Assembly: GCA_964633115.1 (NCBI GenBank)
Contig: CAZWEO010000002.1
Location: 7,935 to 71,934 of the forward strand
DNA from: an uncultured Desulfobacterales bacterium
GTDB taxonomy: Bacteria > Desulfobacterota > Desulfobacteria > Desulfobacterales > B30-G6
Direction of reading: 5' to 3'
Length of the DNA stretch: 64,000 nt
Part shown: positions 16,925 through 26,701 of the stretch, in pieces
How the letters are laid out: the number at the start of each line of letters is the position of its first letter
Position numbering within the stretch: the stretch's first letter is position 1
Notes under the pieces: model-generated
Seen by the model: only the letters and a program-made list of their open reading frames with translations
What the model was told of the DNA's origin: nothing
The model's database searches: none
Made by a program: the position numbers and the translations under genes

Positions 16925-18385
16925 TTAATCCAGCCGGTAATTTGGTGCTTCTTTGGTAATAATAACATCATGCACATGGCTTTCCCGCATACCGGCGGCA
17001 CTGATCTTCATAAATCGTGCTTTTTCCTGGAGTTCGATAATATTTCGGCACCCAATGTAACCCATACCTGCTTTAAGGCCCCCTACCAGCTGGTGGATAT
17101 TGGCAGCCAACTTGCCACGATACGGTACTCGTCCCACAATACCCTCTGGCACCAGTTTATCGTCTTCTTCGGCCTCGCCTTGATAGTATCGGTCTTTACT
17201 ACCCTTTTTCATGGCTTCTAATGAACCCATGCCCCGGTAAACTTTATAGCTTCTACCTTGGAAAAAGACAGACTCGCCCGGGCTCTCATCGCAACCCGCG
17301 AACAATCCACCGATCATGACGGAATGGGCACCGGCACCGATAGCCTTAGTGATGTCACCAGAGAACTTAATCCCACCATCGGCTATTAAAGGGACATCAT
17401 ACTGAGCGGATATTGATTGGCAGTTCGAGATGGCTGTTACTTGTGGTACACCTACGCCGGCTACTATGCGGGTAGTACATATGGATCCTGGTCCAATACC
17501 GATTTTGATACCATCCACACCGGCCTTAATTAAATCCTCAGCACCTTGCGCCGTAGCGACATTTCCGGCAATCAACTCGATACGATCAAAGGTCTGCTTG
17601 AGGTTCTTAACTGCATGTATCACGTTATGGGAATGACCATGGGAGGTATCAATCAGAATAAGATCTGCTCCGGCCTGCAACAGTTTTTCGGTGCGTTGCA
17701 ACATATTGTCACCCACACCGATGGCCGCCCCTACCCGCAAGCGACCCATACTATCCTTGCAGGCATTAGGATATTTTTTAATCTTTTCAATATCTTTGAT
17801 GGTTATCATACCGGTAAGACAACCTAAATTATCCACTACCAATAGCTTTTCAATGCGATGTTCATGCAATAGTTTTTTGGACTCTTCCAAAGAGATACCT
17901 TCTGAAACCGTTATTAGCGTTTCTTTGGTCATTACATCTGAAACCGCTTTGTCCAAATCAGTTTCAAAGCGTAAATCTCGGTTGGTTACAATGCCGACGA
18001 GCTTATCGCCTTTGGTGACCGGGACACCCGAAATACGGTAGTCCTTCATCAGCTGCAGCACTTCATGAACTTGTTGATCCGGCCGAATGGTGACAGGGTC
18101 AACAATCATACCGCTTTCCGATTTTTTGACACGGTCCACTTCCGTAGCCTGGGTTTGGATACTCATATTGCGATGAATAAATCCGATACCACCCTCGCGG
18201 GCCATGGTGATTGAGGCCCGCGCCTCGGTTACAGTATCCATGGCCGCGCTAACGATGGGAATATTGAGCGATATATTACGTGTCAGCTGGGTGCTGATAT
18301 TAACGTCTTTGGGTAACACATCCGAGTAGTTGGGTAACAGCAGTACATCATCAAAGGAAAAGGATTCATCCACGGGCACCTTCAT
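16925..18385 (-). CDS. guaB: IMP dehydrogenase
   Basis: [11 protein letters not shown], a CBS pair, [11 protein letters not shown] (catalytic Cys loop) and GGLKAGMGY. The ATG at 18385 is preceded by GGAGG; the ORF track uses GTG at 18400. Confidence 0.95.
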   Translation of the reverse strand: MKVPVDESFSFDDVLLLPNYSDVLPKDVNISTQLTRNISLNIPIVSAAMDTVTEARASITMAREGGIGFIHRNMSIQTQATEVDRVKKSESGMIVDPVTIRPDQQVHEVLQLMKDYRISGVPVTKGDKLVGIVTNRDLRFETDLDKAVSDVMTKETLITVSEGISLEESKKLLHEHRIEKLLVVDNLGCLTGMITIKDIEKIKKYPNACKDSMGRLRVGAAIGVGDNMLQRTEKLLQAGADLILIDTSHGHSHNVIHAVKNLKQTFDRIELIAGNVATAQGAEDLIKAGVDGIKIGIGPGSICTTRIVAGVGVPQVTAISNCQSISAQYDVPLIADGGIKFSGDITKAIGAGAHSVMIGGLFAGCDESPGESVFFQGRSYKVYRGMGSLEAMKKGSKDRYYQGEAEEDDKLVPEGIVGRVPYRGKLAANIHQLVGGLKAGMGYIGCRNIIELQEKARFMKISAAGMRESHVHDVIITKEAPNYRLD

Positions 18386-18563
18386 TGGGACCTCCGCCAC
18401 AATCTGTTATGTATCGACTGCAAGTCGTATACACTATTTAGTATATTTAGGTTTGGATTCGAATAGCAAAACGTACGTTCTTTATCAACGATTTTATTTC
18501 ACAACTTGACAGTGTTTGAGGTGCATAGTAGATATCCGGGTCCGGAATCGGGAGCCAGAAGTC

Positions 18564-18692
18564 AGAAGACAGGAGTCAGAAGACTGAAAACGGAGGGCAG
18601 AGGTCGGAGAACAGTAGACAGGTTGCTTATTGTAAACCATTCACTCCGAACCATGTGCTATTCTGAATTCTGGATTCTGACTCCTGGCTTCT
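18564..18692. repeat. empty word-repeat cassette (about 25-bp imperfect stem around about 79 nt)
   Basis: Left arm AGAAGACAGGAGTCAGAAGACTGAA (18564-18588) against the reverse complement of TTCTGGATTCTGACTCCTGGCTTCT (18668-18692): 21 of 25 positions complementary. Confidence 0.65.
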
Positions 18693-18765
18693 ATGAGCTA
18701 TTTCGGAATATCGAATATATCTGAGCAAACCGAACATAAGCAAAAAAATAGCAAGCAACAACACC

Positions 18766-19374
18766 ATGCTCCTCAAAATCAATCCCATCAACCCGCAGGA
18801 ACGACTCATCAATCGTGTGGTGGATCATCTGAAACGCGGGGGAATTATTGGCTACCCAACTGATACATATTATGGAATCGGTTGTGACATTATGCAGAAA
18901 AGGGCCATCGAGCGCATATACCAGATCAAGCAGCGCCGCAAAAACAAACCCTTTAGTTTTATCTGTTCAGATCTAAAAAATATCAGTCATTACGCCAAGG
19001 TCAGCAATTATGCCTATCGTACCATGAAACGCCTTCTTCCAGGACCTTATACCTTTATTCTCGAGGGTTCCAAATTAGTTCCCAGAATGATGTTAACCAA
19101 GCGCAAATCAGCCGGCATTCGAGTCCCAGATCATCGCATCTGTCTCGAACTTACCCGGAAACTGGGAAATCCAATTCTTTCAACCAGTGCAACACTCCCC
19201 GATGGCGAGGTGTTGATGGATCCGTCTTTGATTCATGACAGACTAAATGGCCGAGCCGACATCGTAATCGATGGCGGACCAGCGCCAGGCAAGCCTTCCA
19301 GCGTAATTTCGTTGATTGGAGATTATCCAGAGGTATTGCGTGAGGGCATTGGGGATGTTTCCTCCTTGCTATAG
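18766..19374 (+). CDS. tsaC: L-threonylcarbamoyladenylate synthase (YrdC/TsaC family)
   Basis: 202 aa with YPTDTYYGIGCD, KQRRKNKPFS and SAGIRVPDH motifs. Confidence 0.9.
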   Translation: MLLKINPINPQERLINRVVDHLKRGGIIGYPTDTYYGIGCDIMQKRAIERIYQIKQRRKNKPFSFICSDLKNISHYAKVSNYAYRTMKRLLPGPYTFILEGSKLVPRMMLTKRKSAGIRVPDHRICLELTRKLGNPILSTSATLPDGEVLMDPSLIHDRLNGRADIVIDGGPAPGKPSSVISLIGDYPEVLREGIGDVSSLL

Positions 19375-19410
19375 GAAACGCTCATGCATTCAAGTGGTAT
19401 GGGTAAGGAG

Positions 19411-19486
19411 TGAATATTAGCAATATATGAAATGTTGAATTTCAATTGCAGAATTCGAAATTTCTTGTTTGGCATTCATTTGTTCA
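19411..19486. repeat. about 80-nt dispersed intergenic element, copy 1
   Basis: Shares TGAATATT, TTGAATTTC and ATTCGAAATTTCTTnTTnnnCATTCATTnnTTC blocks, in the same order, with 35179-35262. Confidence 0.6.
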
Positions 19487-19543
19487 GAGAAAATATGCAC
19501 TGGGCTGTCAGCACTAAGCTGCTCATGCCTAACCGCTTAAAGC

Positions 19544-20458
19544 TTATTGCTCTGCAGGTCGATAAATATACCCACCAGATAGATCTTGCTGCGAGACACG
19601 ACCGAGCAAATCTTGAACTACAGACTCCAGCATATATTTTAAAAAGGATAATTTTTCCTTTTTCTTATAAACCGTGGCCACACGGCCTTTAATACCACCC
19701 ATTTCACCGGCCCATTGAATTGCATCTTCAAAATTCCCAAGTCGATCGACAAGTCCCTGTTTGACCGCTTCTTCACCGGTATAAATACGTCCGTCAGCCA
19801 AGGATGTGACATGCTCAATATCCATTTTCCTGGCTTCGGCTACGGCCGTCACAAACTGTCGATGCGCTTGATCTACGAAAGCTTGTAAAACGCCCCGCTC
19901 TTCTACCGACATCTCTTTGGTGGGCGAACCCAAATCTTTATAGGGGCCACTCTTGATAACCACTGGAATCATACCGATTTTATCTAAAACCTTGCGGAAA
20001 TTGGTGTATGCCATGATAACGCCGATACTGCCGGTTATGGTTCCGGGGTTGGCCACAATCCCGTCAGTTGCAGCCGCAACATAGTACCCACCCGAGGCGG
20101 CAATGGATCCCATGGAAGCCACAACCTTCTTAGTCTGGGTGGTTTTACGAATTTCACGGTAAATTTCCTGAGATGGGCCAATAACACCACCAGGTGAGTT
20201 GATTCTGATGACGATGGCCTGAATATCGTCATTTTCACGAAAACGCTTGATCAGACCTAAGGTTGCTTTTGAATCTGCAATAACGCCGTCAATTTCTACC
20301 ACACCGACTTTACCGTCGCCGGATTCACTGATCAGATCTGTAAGACCGGCCTGCTTCAAAGTTGTGGCCACAACAATCACCACACTCACAACGGCCAACG
20401 TGAAAAGAGTCGATATAATCAAGCAAGTGAACAGATATGGATGTCTGCGTGAAAACAT
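19544..20458 (-). CDS. sppA: signal peptide peptidase SppA (36K type)
   Basis: N-terminal TM, RINSPGG, MGSIAASGGYYVA (Ser nucleophile) and GSIGV motifs. Confidence 0.9.
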   Translation of the reverse strand: MFSRRHPYLFTCLIISTLFTLAVVSVVIVVATTLKQAGLTDLISESGDGKVGVVEIDGVIADSKATLGLIKRFRENDDIQAIVIRINSPGGVIGPSQEIYREIRKTTQTKKVVASMGSIAASGGYYVAAATDGIVANPGTITGSIGVIMAYTNFRKVLDKIGMIPVVIKSGPYKDLGSPTKEMSVEERGVLQAFVDQAHRQFVTAVAEARKMDIEHVTSLADGRIYTGEEAVKQGLVDRLGNFEDAIQWAGEMGGIKGRVATVYKKKEKLSFLKYMLESVVQDLLGRVSQQDLSGGYIYRPAEQ

Positions 20459-20492
20459 AATTGATTTACCTTACTTATACCTACGAAAACAA

Positions 20493-20518
20493 AAATTCCC
20501 GCCAGGAGGCGGGAATTT
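20493..20518 (-). terminator. rho-independent terminator after rpsA
   Basis: Perfect 11-bp stem AAATTCCCGCC-agga-GGCGGGAATTT. On the - strand it is followed by TTTGTTTTCG. Confidence 0.7.
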
Positions 20519-20560
20519 TCACCGGCGACGCAGTCGCCCTCCTGATCTTGTAAACCGAGG

Positions 20561-22417
20561 TCAGTCTTCGTTCAATTTTTCTTGTAAATTTTCGCGTAAT
20601 ATTTCTCCAAATGAGGAAGTCGCAGGGCCGATGTTGTTCACATATTCGGACAATAGTTCCTGCTCATCTTCGATTTCCATCCGTTTGATGGAAAGGCCGA
20701 TACGACGTTCTTCGCTATTGATATTCATTACACGCGCGGTAATTACATCGGCAATATTAAACATACCAACCGGAGTTTTTATTTTCTCTTTACTGATTTC
20801 AGACACATGTACAAGCCCTTCAATGCCTTCTTCAAGCTCCACGAATATGCCGAAATCGGTCACGTTGGTGATGGTGCCGGTGATCTCTTTACCGACCTTA
20901 TACCGTTCTGCCACCGATTCCCATGGATCTGCCTGGAGCTGCTTGATCCCTAAACTGAAGCGCTCGTTATCTTTATCGATCTCCAGTACAATCGCCTGAA
21001 TCACGTCACCTTTTTGAAACATTTCAGAGGGATGTTTGATCCGTTTGGTCCAGGAAATATCGGAGATATGGACCAATCCATCGATACCTTCATCAATACC
21101 GATGAACAGACCGAAATCGGTGATATTTTTAATTTTACCTTCGATGGTGGTGCCCACCGGGTATTTTTCGCTGATCACATCCCAAGGATTGGGGACCACC
21201 TGTTTCATACCCAATGAAATGCGCCGGCTTTCCGGTTTGATATCCAAGACTACAGCCTCAACAATTTCGCCAACCGAAACAAGTTTGGAAGGATGTCGGA
21301 CTTTGCGGGTCCAAGACATTTCCGAAACATGAATGAGCCCTTCGATACCTTCTTCCAACTCCACAAAAGCGCCATAATCCGTGAGGCTGACAATTTTGCC
21401 TGTGACCCGAGATCCAACCGCGTATTTTTCTTTGGCGGCCAACCAAGGATCTTCAGTCAGCTGCTTCATTCCCAAAGAGACCCTTTCTTTTTCAAGATCC
21501 AGGTTCAAGATCTTAACCGAGATCTGGTCTCCCATACTGAAAAGCTCTGAGGGATGTTTTACCCGGCCCCAGGATATATCGGTGATATGCAGGAGTCCAT
21601 CTACGCCGCCGAGATCGACAAACACACCATATTCGGTAATGTTCTTAACGATACCTTCGATAACCTTGCCCTCTTCGATTGAGGCCAGTGTGGCCGATCG
21701 TTTAGTTTCGCGCTCTTCTTCCAAGATGACGCGTCGCGACAGAACGATATTGCTGCGTTTGCGGTTATATTTGAGTATTTTGAATTCAAACGTCTTACCA
21801 ACCATGTCATCGAGGTTGCGAATAGGTCTTAAATCGGCTTGAGACCCGGGCAAAAATGCTTGTACACCAATGTCCACTGAAAAACCGCCTTTGACACGAT
21901 TGGTAATGGTGCCTTCCACGGTTTCTTCGGCATCATGCGCCCGTTTTATTTCTTCCCAGACCTTAACCTTGGTGGCTTTTTCCTTTGAGAGCACAACGAC
22001 TTCGTTTTCGTCGTCCCACCATTCCACCATGACTTCGACGGGGTCATCAAGATTGGCTTGGATGACACCATTTTCATCTCTGAACTCATGAATATTGATT
22101 TGGCCTTCGGATTTGTAGCCAATGTCAACCAGCACATGATCCTTGTCAACCGATATGATCCGTCCGGTTACAACTTCGCCTTCTGCAAATCGTTTAAAGC
22201 TCTCTTCGTACAGATCCATCATGCTTTCCATGTCTTCTTCTGTACCTGAATTTGCAGGCTCTGCTTCAGACGATGCCTGGTTTGATTGCTCTTCCTCTGA
22301 CGCGCTTTGTGTATCTTCTTCGTTGATGTTTTCTTCTGTAGAACCCTTGTCTGTTAGATCTTCCATTAAACCTGTTACCCCCTTAGCCATTTTAATCGAC
22401 AACGTATTGCCGTACAA
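20561..22417 (-). CDS. rpsA: 30S ribosomal protein S1 (six S1 domains, acidic N-terminal extension)
   Basis: Repeated S1-domain pattern (G..V.G.V......G.FV.l..g..GLlH.Se.s). The true start within the first 25 codons is uncertain. Confidence 0.95.
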   Translation of the reverse strand: MYGNTLSIKMAKGVTGLMEDLTDKGSTEENINEEDTQSASEEEQSNQASSEAEPANSGTEEDMESMMDLYEESFKRFAEGEVVTGRIISVDKDHVLVDIGYKSEGQINIHEFRDENGVIQANLDDPVEVMVEWWDDENEVVVLSKEKATKVKVWEEIKRAHDAEETVEGTITNRVKGGFSVDIGVQAFLPGSQADLRPIRNLDDMVGKTFEFKILKYNRKRSNIVLSRRVILEEERETKRSATLASIEEGKVIEGIVKNITEYGVFVDLGGVDGLLHITDISWGRVKHPSELFSMGDQISVKILNLDLEKERVSLGMKQLTEDPWLAAKEKYAVGSRVTGKIVSLTDYGAFVELEEGIEGLIHVSEMSWTRKVRHPSKLVSVGEIVEAVVLDIKPESRRISLGMKQVVPNPWDVISEKYPVGTTIEGKIKNITDFGLFIGIDEGIDGLVHISDISWTKRIKHPSEMFQKGDVIQAIVLEIDKDNERFSLGIKQLQADPWESVAERYKVGKEITGTITNVTDFGIFVELEEGIEGLVHVSEISKEKIKTPVGMFNIADVITARVMNINSEERRIGLSIKRMEIEDEQELLSEYVNNIGPATSSFGEILRENLQEKLNED

Positions 22418-22479
22418 ACCGAGATCATTAGCAGATGATATACCGCATTACAAGTTTATTTTTATTAATTTCACTACTT

Positions 22480-23187
22480 TTACGATTGTGAATTTTTTCG
22501 AATTTTATTTAATATGGTTTGGACAACCTCATCGAGGGAAAGATGAGTCGTATCGATGACGACAGCATCTTCTGCCGGCTTTAGCGGCGCCAACTTACGC
22601 TGGCTATCATCATGATCACGTTTTTGCATATCCGCTTCCACTTCAGCCTTACTTTGGGCATGTTTTGAATTCAGTTCGGCGTATCGTCGTTGTGCCCGCA
22701 CACCAAAATCGGCATCCAAATAGAATTTGACATCTGCATCCGGGAAGACCACCGTGCCCATGTCGCGACCTTCAAAAACAGCTGATTTCTTGGCACCCAA
22801 ACCTCTCTGAACCTGCAATAAATGCTGTCGAACTGATGGCATTGCAGAGATGGCTGAAGCCAACATGGTTACAGCCGGTGTACGGATATCATCGCTAATA
22901 TCGACGCCATTAGAATAAAGCCGCCATTGTGAGTCTATCTCACGAAATTGGATGTCAAGACCGGCGCACAATTGTTCTAATTGTTTGTCGTTGTGAGTAT
23001 CGGTGCCTGCTTTTTGAGCTTCAAATGCAATGCAACGATACAAGGCACCGGTATCCACATACTGGCAACCCAAACGCCCGGCAAGCAAGCGACTCACGGT
23101 CGTTTTGCCTGATCCAGCTGGTCCATCAATGGTAATCAAAAGATCGGGCGGCAAAGGTGCGTTCGGTTTTTCCGATTCGGTTGTCAT
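22480..23187 (-). CDS. cmk: (d)CMP kinase
   Basis: ITIDGPAGSGKTTVSRLLA...YVDTGALYR motif. cmk-rpsA synteny is conserved. Confidence 0.95.
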   Translation of the reverse strand: MTTESEKPNAPLPPDLLITIDGPAGSGKTTVSRLLAGRLGCQYVDTGALYRCIAFEAQKAGTDTHNDKQLEQLCAGLDIQFREIDSQWRLYSNGVDISDDIRTPAVTMLASAISAMPSVRQHLLQVQRGLGAKKSAVFEGRDMGTVVFPDADVKFYLDADFGVRAQRRYAELNSKHAQSKAEVEADMQKRDHDDSQRKLAPLKPAEDAVVIDTTHLSLDEVVQTILNKIRKNSQS

Positions 23188-23201
23188 CCTACTGAATTTC
23201 C

Positions 23202-23735
23202 TTAACCACTTGCCTGAATGCCCATGTCAACCGCCTTCAGATTCAGGGGAATTAATTTTTTACGAGCAGCAAACTCTTCCTCAACTGAGGCTTTTAAAGT
23301 GGAAATTTGAATGATTTGACTTTTAGCCACAAAGGATGAAAGTGCAACCACATTAGCGGCCTTGACTGTCCCAAGATCTCTGGCTATTTCAATGACCGGC
23401 ACAATGAGTTCCTGAACATCATCCCGCCCACTGTTAATCGAGATCAGCGAACCGTTTATAAAAATGATACCACCGGGTTTGACACTGTGCGCAAATTTTT
23501 CTAAGGACGGTCGATTCATAGCGACTAAATGGGTGGGATTTTTGATGACAGGCGACCCAATGGGCCGGTTGCTGACAACAACGGTGCAATAAGCAGTGCC
23601 CCCACGCATCTCCGGTCCATAGGAAGGAACCCAACTGACTTCATAGCCTTCCTGCATCGCAGCATGGGCCAGAATCTTGCCCATGAGCATGATACCTTGA
23701 CCGCCGAAACCAGCGAACTGGACTTCAGTTTGCAT
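23202..23735 (-). CDS. 2-oxoacid:ferredoxin oxidoreductase, gamma subunit
   Basis: QFAGFGGQGIMLMGKILAHAA...PSYGPEMRGG pattern. The ATG at 23735 is preceded by AGGAGG. Confidence 0.85.
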   Translation of the reverse strand: MQTEVQFAGFGGQGIMLMGKILAHAAMQEGYEVSWVPSYGPEMRGGTAYCTVVVSNRPIGSPVIKNPTHLVAMNRPSLEKFAHSVKPGGIIFINGSLISINSGRDDVQELIVPVIEIARDLGTVKAANVVALSSFVAKSQIIQISTLKASVEEEFAARKKLIPLNLKAVDMGIQASG

Positions 23736-23847
23736 TGTGCCTCCTCTTTCCATAAATTTTCATGCCATGTTAAAAGCGACCAGACACGAAATTATATAAT
23801 TATTGGCTTGTTTTGTCGTCATTTGAAAGCCGTTTAATGAAAATTTA

Positions 23848-24591
23848 TTATGCTGCTTCTGGAGTTTTGTACTCACCCAATTGATAGTACGGTAGCATGC
23901 TTTCTTGGGCCCAGTTTATGGCCTCCACCGGTGTTAATCCCCAATTGGTGGGACATGTGCTGACTACTTCCACAAAGCTGAAGCAGCGTTTTTCCAATTG
24001 ATATTGGAAGGCGCGCTTGATAGCTTTTTTGGTTTTAACGATTTGCCCGGGTTTTAGAACCGCTTGGCGGGTAACATAGGCTGGTGTCTGCAAGGCGGCA
24101 ATCAATTCAGCCACTTTGATGGGCATACCAACGTCCTCCGGGTCGCGACCAAAGGGCGAAGTGGTCGTCCGTTGCTCAGGCATGGTTGTTGGCGCCATTT
24201 GGCCGCCAGTCATGCCATATACGGCATTGTTTACGAAAATAGTCGTGAACTTTTCCCCCCGATTTGCGGCGTGGATGATTTCTCCCATACCAATACTGGC
24301 CAGGTCACCATCTCCTTGATAGGTAAACACAACCAGATCCGGCCGAACACGTTTAATGCCTGTGGCCATGGCTGGTGCGCGGCCATGGGCAGCTTCCTGA
24401 AAATCGAAAGTGAAATAATTATAGGCCAAAACTGCGCATCCCACAGGGGCGATCCCAACGGTGCGATCTCTGATATCTAACTCATCGATCACCTCGGCAA
24501 CCAAACGGTGGATGACGCCATGTGTACACCCGGGACAGTAGTGGGTTACCACATCCGCAAGTGCTTCGGGTTTTTGAAACGTTTTTCCCAT
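23848..24591 (-). CDS. 2-oxoacid:ferredoxin oxidoreductase, beta (TPP-binding) subunit
   Basis: YCPGCTHG...GDGD...NN.VYGMTGGQ motifs. Confidence 0.9.
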   Translation of the reverse strand: MGKTFQKPEALADVVTHYCPGCTHGVIHRLVAEVIDELDIRDRTVGIAPVGCAVLAYNYFTFDFQEAAHGRAPAMATGIKRVRPDLVVFTYQGDGDLASIGMGEIIHAANRGEKFTTIFVNNAVYGMTGGQMAPTTMPEQRTTTSPFGRDPEDVGMPIKVAELIAALQTPAYVTRQAVLKPGQIVKTKKAIKRAFQYQLEKRCFSFVEVVSTCPTNWGLTPVEAINWAQESMLPYYQLGEYKTPEAA

Positions 24592-24655
24592 GATAATTGC
24601 TCCTTATGCGAGTATTTCCAGCGAGTTATTCGGGTAACTGCTAAAGCCTAAATTT

Positions 24656-25726
24656 CTAATCAATCAAGGTATGTAAGAATGTGGCCACTTCTTCTGGCGT
24701 GGGCACATCACCGCCACATTTACCATACCAGTGAACCGGCTTCCTACCCTGGACCGAGCGTTGAATATCCTCAACCATCTGACCCATACTCATTTCAATG
24801 CTGGCAACGGCCTCACAGGATTGTACATCGGCAGCCGCTAAAATTTGCATTTCTGGAAATGGAAATAGGGTTTGGGGCCGCAGCATGCCGACTTCCAAAC
24901 CATCTTTTTTCATGTTATCGATTGCGGTTCGACAAACCCGGCTCATGGTCCCATAACTGACAATGAGCAATCGATAGTCTGATTCGGTATTGTAAGTCTC
25001 GTATTGAATCTCTTCCCGCTTCATCTGTTCATACTTGGCTTTGAGGATTTGATTGTTTTTATCAAGTGCCTCGGGATCCAAGAAAAGTGATTTGACCAAA
25101 TTCCGCGATTGGCTTTTGCGAGAACCCATGCCAGTGGTTGCCCAGTCATCTTTGTTGGTGGGCTCCACTTTATAATCATCAAGGAACTCCACAGGCTCCA
25201 TCATTTGGCCAATTAGTCCATCTCCCAAGATCATGACGGGATTACGGTATTTTTCAGCCAATGAGAAGGCCTGCATAACCATGGACACGGCTTCCTGTAC
25301 ACTGGCGGGCGCCATAACCAGCAAACGGAAATCACCATGTCCCATGCTTTTAGTGGCTTGCATATAATCAGCCTGGGATGGCAAGATACCGCCTAAACCT
25401 GGGCCACCGCGCATAATATTGACAAAAACAGCTGGGCATTGGGCACCGGCCATATAACTGATGCCTTCACTCATCAAGCTGATACCCGGACTTGAAGATG
25501 TGGTGAAAACGCGGGCACCGGCCGCGGAGGCGCCAAATATCATATAGGAGACCGCGACCTCGCTTTCACCTTGCAAAAAGACACCGCCGACTTCCTTCAT
25601 CCGTCGCGAAAGGTATTCCGCCACTTCTGATTGGGGTGTGATGGGATAGGCAAAATAATTCAAGCATCCAGCTCGAATGGCTGCTTCACCAATTGCCTCA
25701 TTGCCTTTCATTAGTACCTTAGCCAT
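24656..25726 (-). CDS. 2-oxoacid:ferredoxin oxidoreductase, alpha subunit
   Basis: MKGNEAIGEAAIRAGC..YFAYPITPQSE pattern. Confidence 0.9.
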   Translation of the reverse strand: MAKVLMKGNEAIGEAAIRAGCLNYFAYPITPQSEVAEYLSRRMKEVGGVFLQGESEVAVSYMIFGASAAGARVFTTSSSPGISLMSEGISYMAGAQCPAVFVNIMRGGPGLGGILPSQADYMQATKSMGHGDFRLLVMAPASVQEAVSMVMQAFSLAEKYRNPVMILGDGLIGQMMEPVEFLDDYKVEPTNKDDWATTGMGSRKSQSRNLVKSLFLDPEALDKNNQILKAKYEQMKREEIQYETYNTESDYRLLIVSYGTMSRVCRTAIDNMKKDGLEVGMLRPQTLFPFPEMQILAAADVQSCEAVASIEMSMGQMVEDIQRSVQGRKPVHWYGKCGGDVPTPEEVATFLHTLID

Positions 25727-25746
25727 TTTTTTTCCTCCAGATCCTT

Positions 25747-25974
25747 TTAATCGGCTGTAGTTTCAGCTGTCTCGGTAATGGTGATGGCGACGTCCGGGCA
25801 CATGCGACAGCAGGTTGCACAATAAATACAATCCTCTGGTCTGGCTTGGAACGCCGGAAAATAGCCTTGAGGGCTGACCTCGGTGGCGATTTCCAATACA
25901 TCTTTGGGACAAACGGTTACGCATAAAGCACATCCTTTACAGCGCGCTTCATCAATATGATAGTCATAGGGCAT
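25747..25974 (-). CDS. 2-oxoacid:ferredoxin oxidoreductase, delta subunit (2x[4Fe-4S] ferredoxin)
   Basis: CKGCALCVTVCP and CIYCATCCRMCP motifs. The ATG at 25974 (MPYDYH) is preceded by GGAG. The longer ORF-track start at 26124 overlaps the upstream gene. Confidence 0.85.
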   Translation of the reverse strand: MPYDYHIDEARCKGCALCVTVCPKDVLEIATEVSPQGYFPAFQARPEDCIYCATCCRMCPDVAITITETAETTAD

Positions 25975-25987
25975 GATATCAACTCCT

Positions 25988-26701
25988 TCAAGTGAGACCT
26001 GTTGCCTGCATCCACGGGGGGACAAGCTGTCTTTTGATAACCAATATGGGGTAAGCCACCTGCGGTAGACTCCCGGATTGTGCCAGGGATTCAGGTATGG
26101 TGATAAAATCCAGTGGCAATCCATTTTGGTCTGAAAGCTTCTGCATGAATTCGAACCCTTGCAGGATATGGTTCAGATCCGTTTCCATCATTAAATTGGC
26201 ATTGCCGATGAGTCCGGTAACTTTCAGTTTGGCGCTATGTTCGATTTCGGCGCGAATCATTTCGCAGCCTTCGACAGTATCGGTGTAGGGCCTAAACGGA
26301 TTAACCACTTGCAAAACCTTGGGCGTTCGCAAACGCAATGCATCTGCCAGCGCAGACAGAACTGTTGCCCCGACCCCATCACCACCCACGTCTAAGATCG
26401 CTACAATATTTTGCTCGCGAATCGTAGCAGCTACGCTTGGGCTGAGTATGGGTAAATCAGCCGTCATGTATTGCTCGTCCGGCAATACAACTTGGATGCC
26501 GAGATCCTTTAACTGAGTGCGGGCTTCCCTGGATCTAAAATAGGGATTGACCAAGTCAAGATCCACCAGACGAACTTCCTTGGCAAGTTGCTTTTGGGCC
26601 ACTGCCAAGTTAATGGATACTTCTGTTTTGCCGCTGCCATAATTGCCCACAATGATAACGAGCTCATCGTAGTTAATGGCTATTTTAGCTGCTTTAATCA
26701 T
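25988..26701 (-). CDS. P-loop NTPase (MinD/ParA-like SIMIBI class), function unknown
   Basis: Deviant Walker A VGNYGSGKTEVSINLA near the N-terminus, and a VDLD / ILDVGGDG switch-like region. It is the first gene of the oxidoreductase operon, 13 nt from the delta-subunit start. Confidence 0.55.
   Translation of the reverse strand: MIKAAKIAINYDELVIIVGNYGSGKTEVSINLAVAQKQLAKEVRLVDLDLVNPYFRSREARTQLKDLGIQVVLPDEQYMTADLPILSPSVAATIREQNIVAILDVGGDGVGATVLSALADALRLRTPKVLQVVNPFRPYTDTVEGCEMIRAEIEHSAKLKVTGLIGNANLMMETDLNHILQGFEFMQKLSDQNGLPLDFITIPESLAQSGSLPQVAYPILVIKRQLVPPWMQATGLT

Noticed and set aside
18506-18724. 72-aa ORF (and the antisense 61-aa ORF 18627-18812) in the guaB/tsaC spacer.
   Set aside because: It is encoded entirely by purine-word low-complexity repeats (..SGARSQKTGVRRLKTEGRGRRT..), it starts at TTG, and I saw no RBS. 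It is better explained as cassette arms.
25975-26124. N-terminal 50-aa extension of the ferredoxin (delta subunit) ORF.
   Set aside because: It overlaps the 3' end of the P-loop gene in another frame. The internal ATG at 25974 has a GGAG RBS and yields a typical 75-aa 2x[4Fe-4S] subunit.
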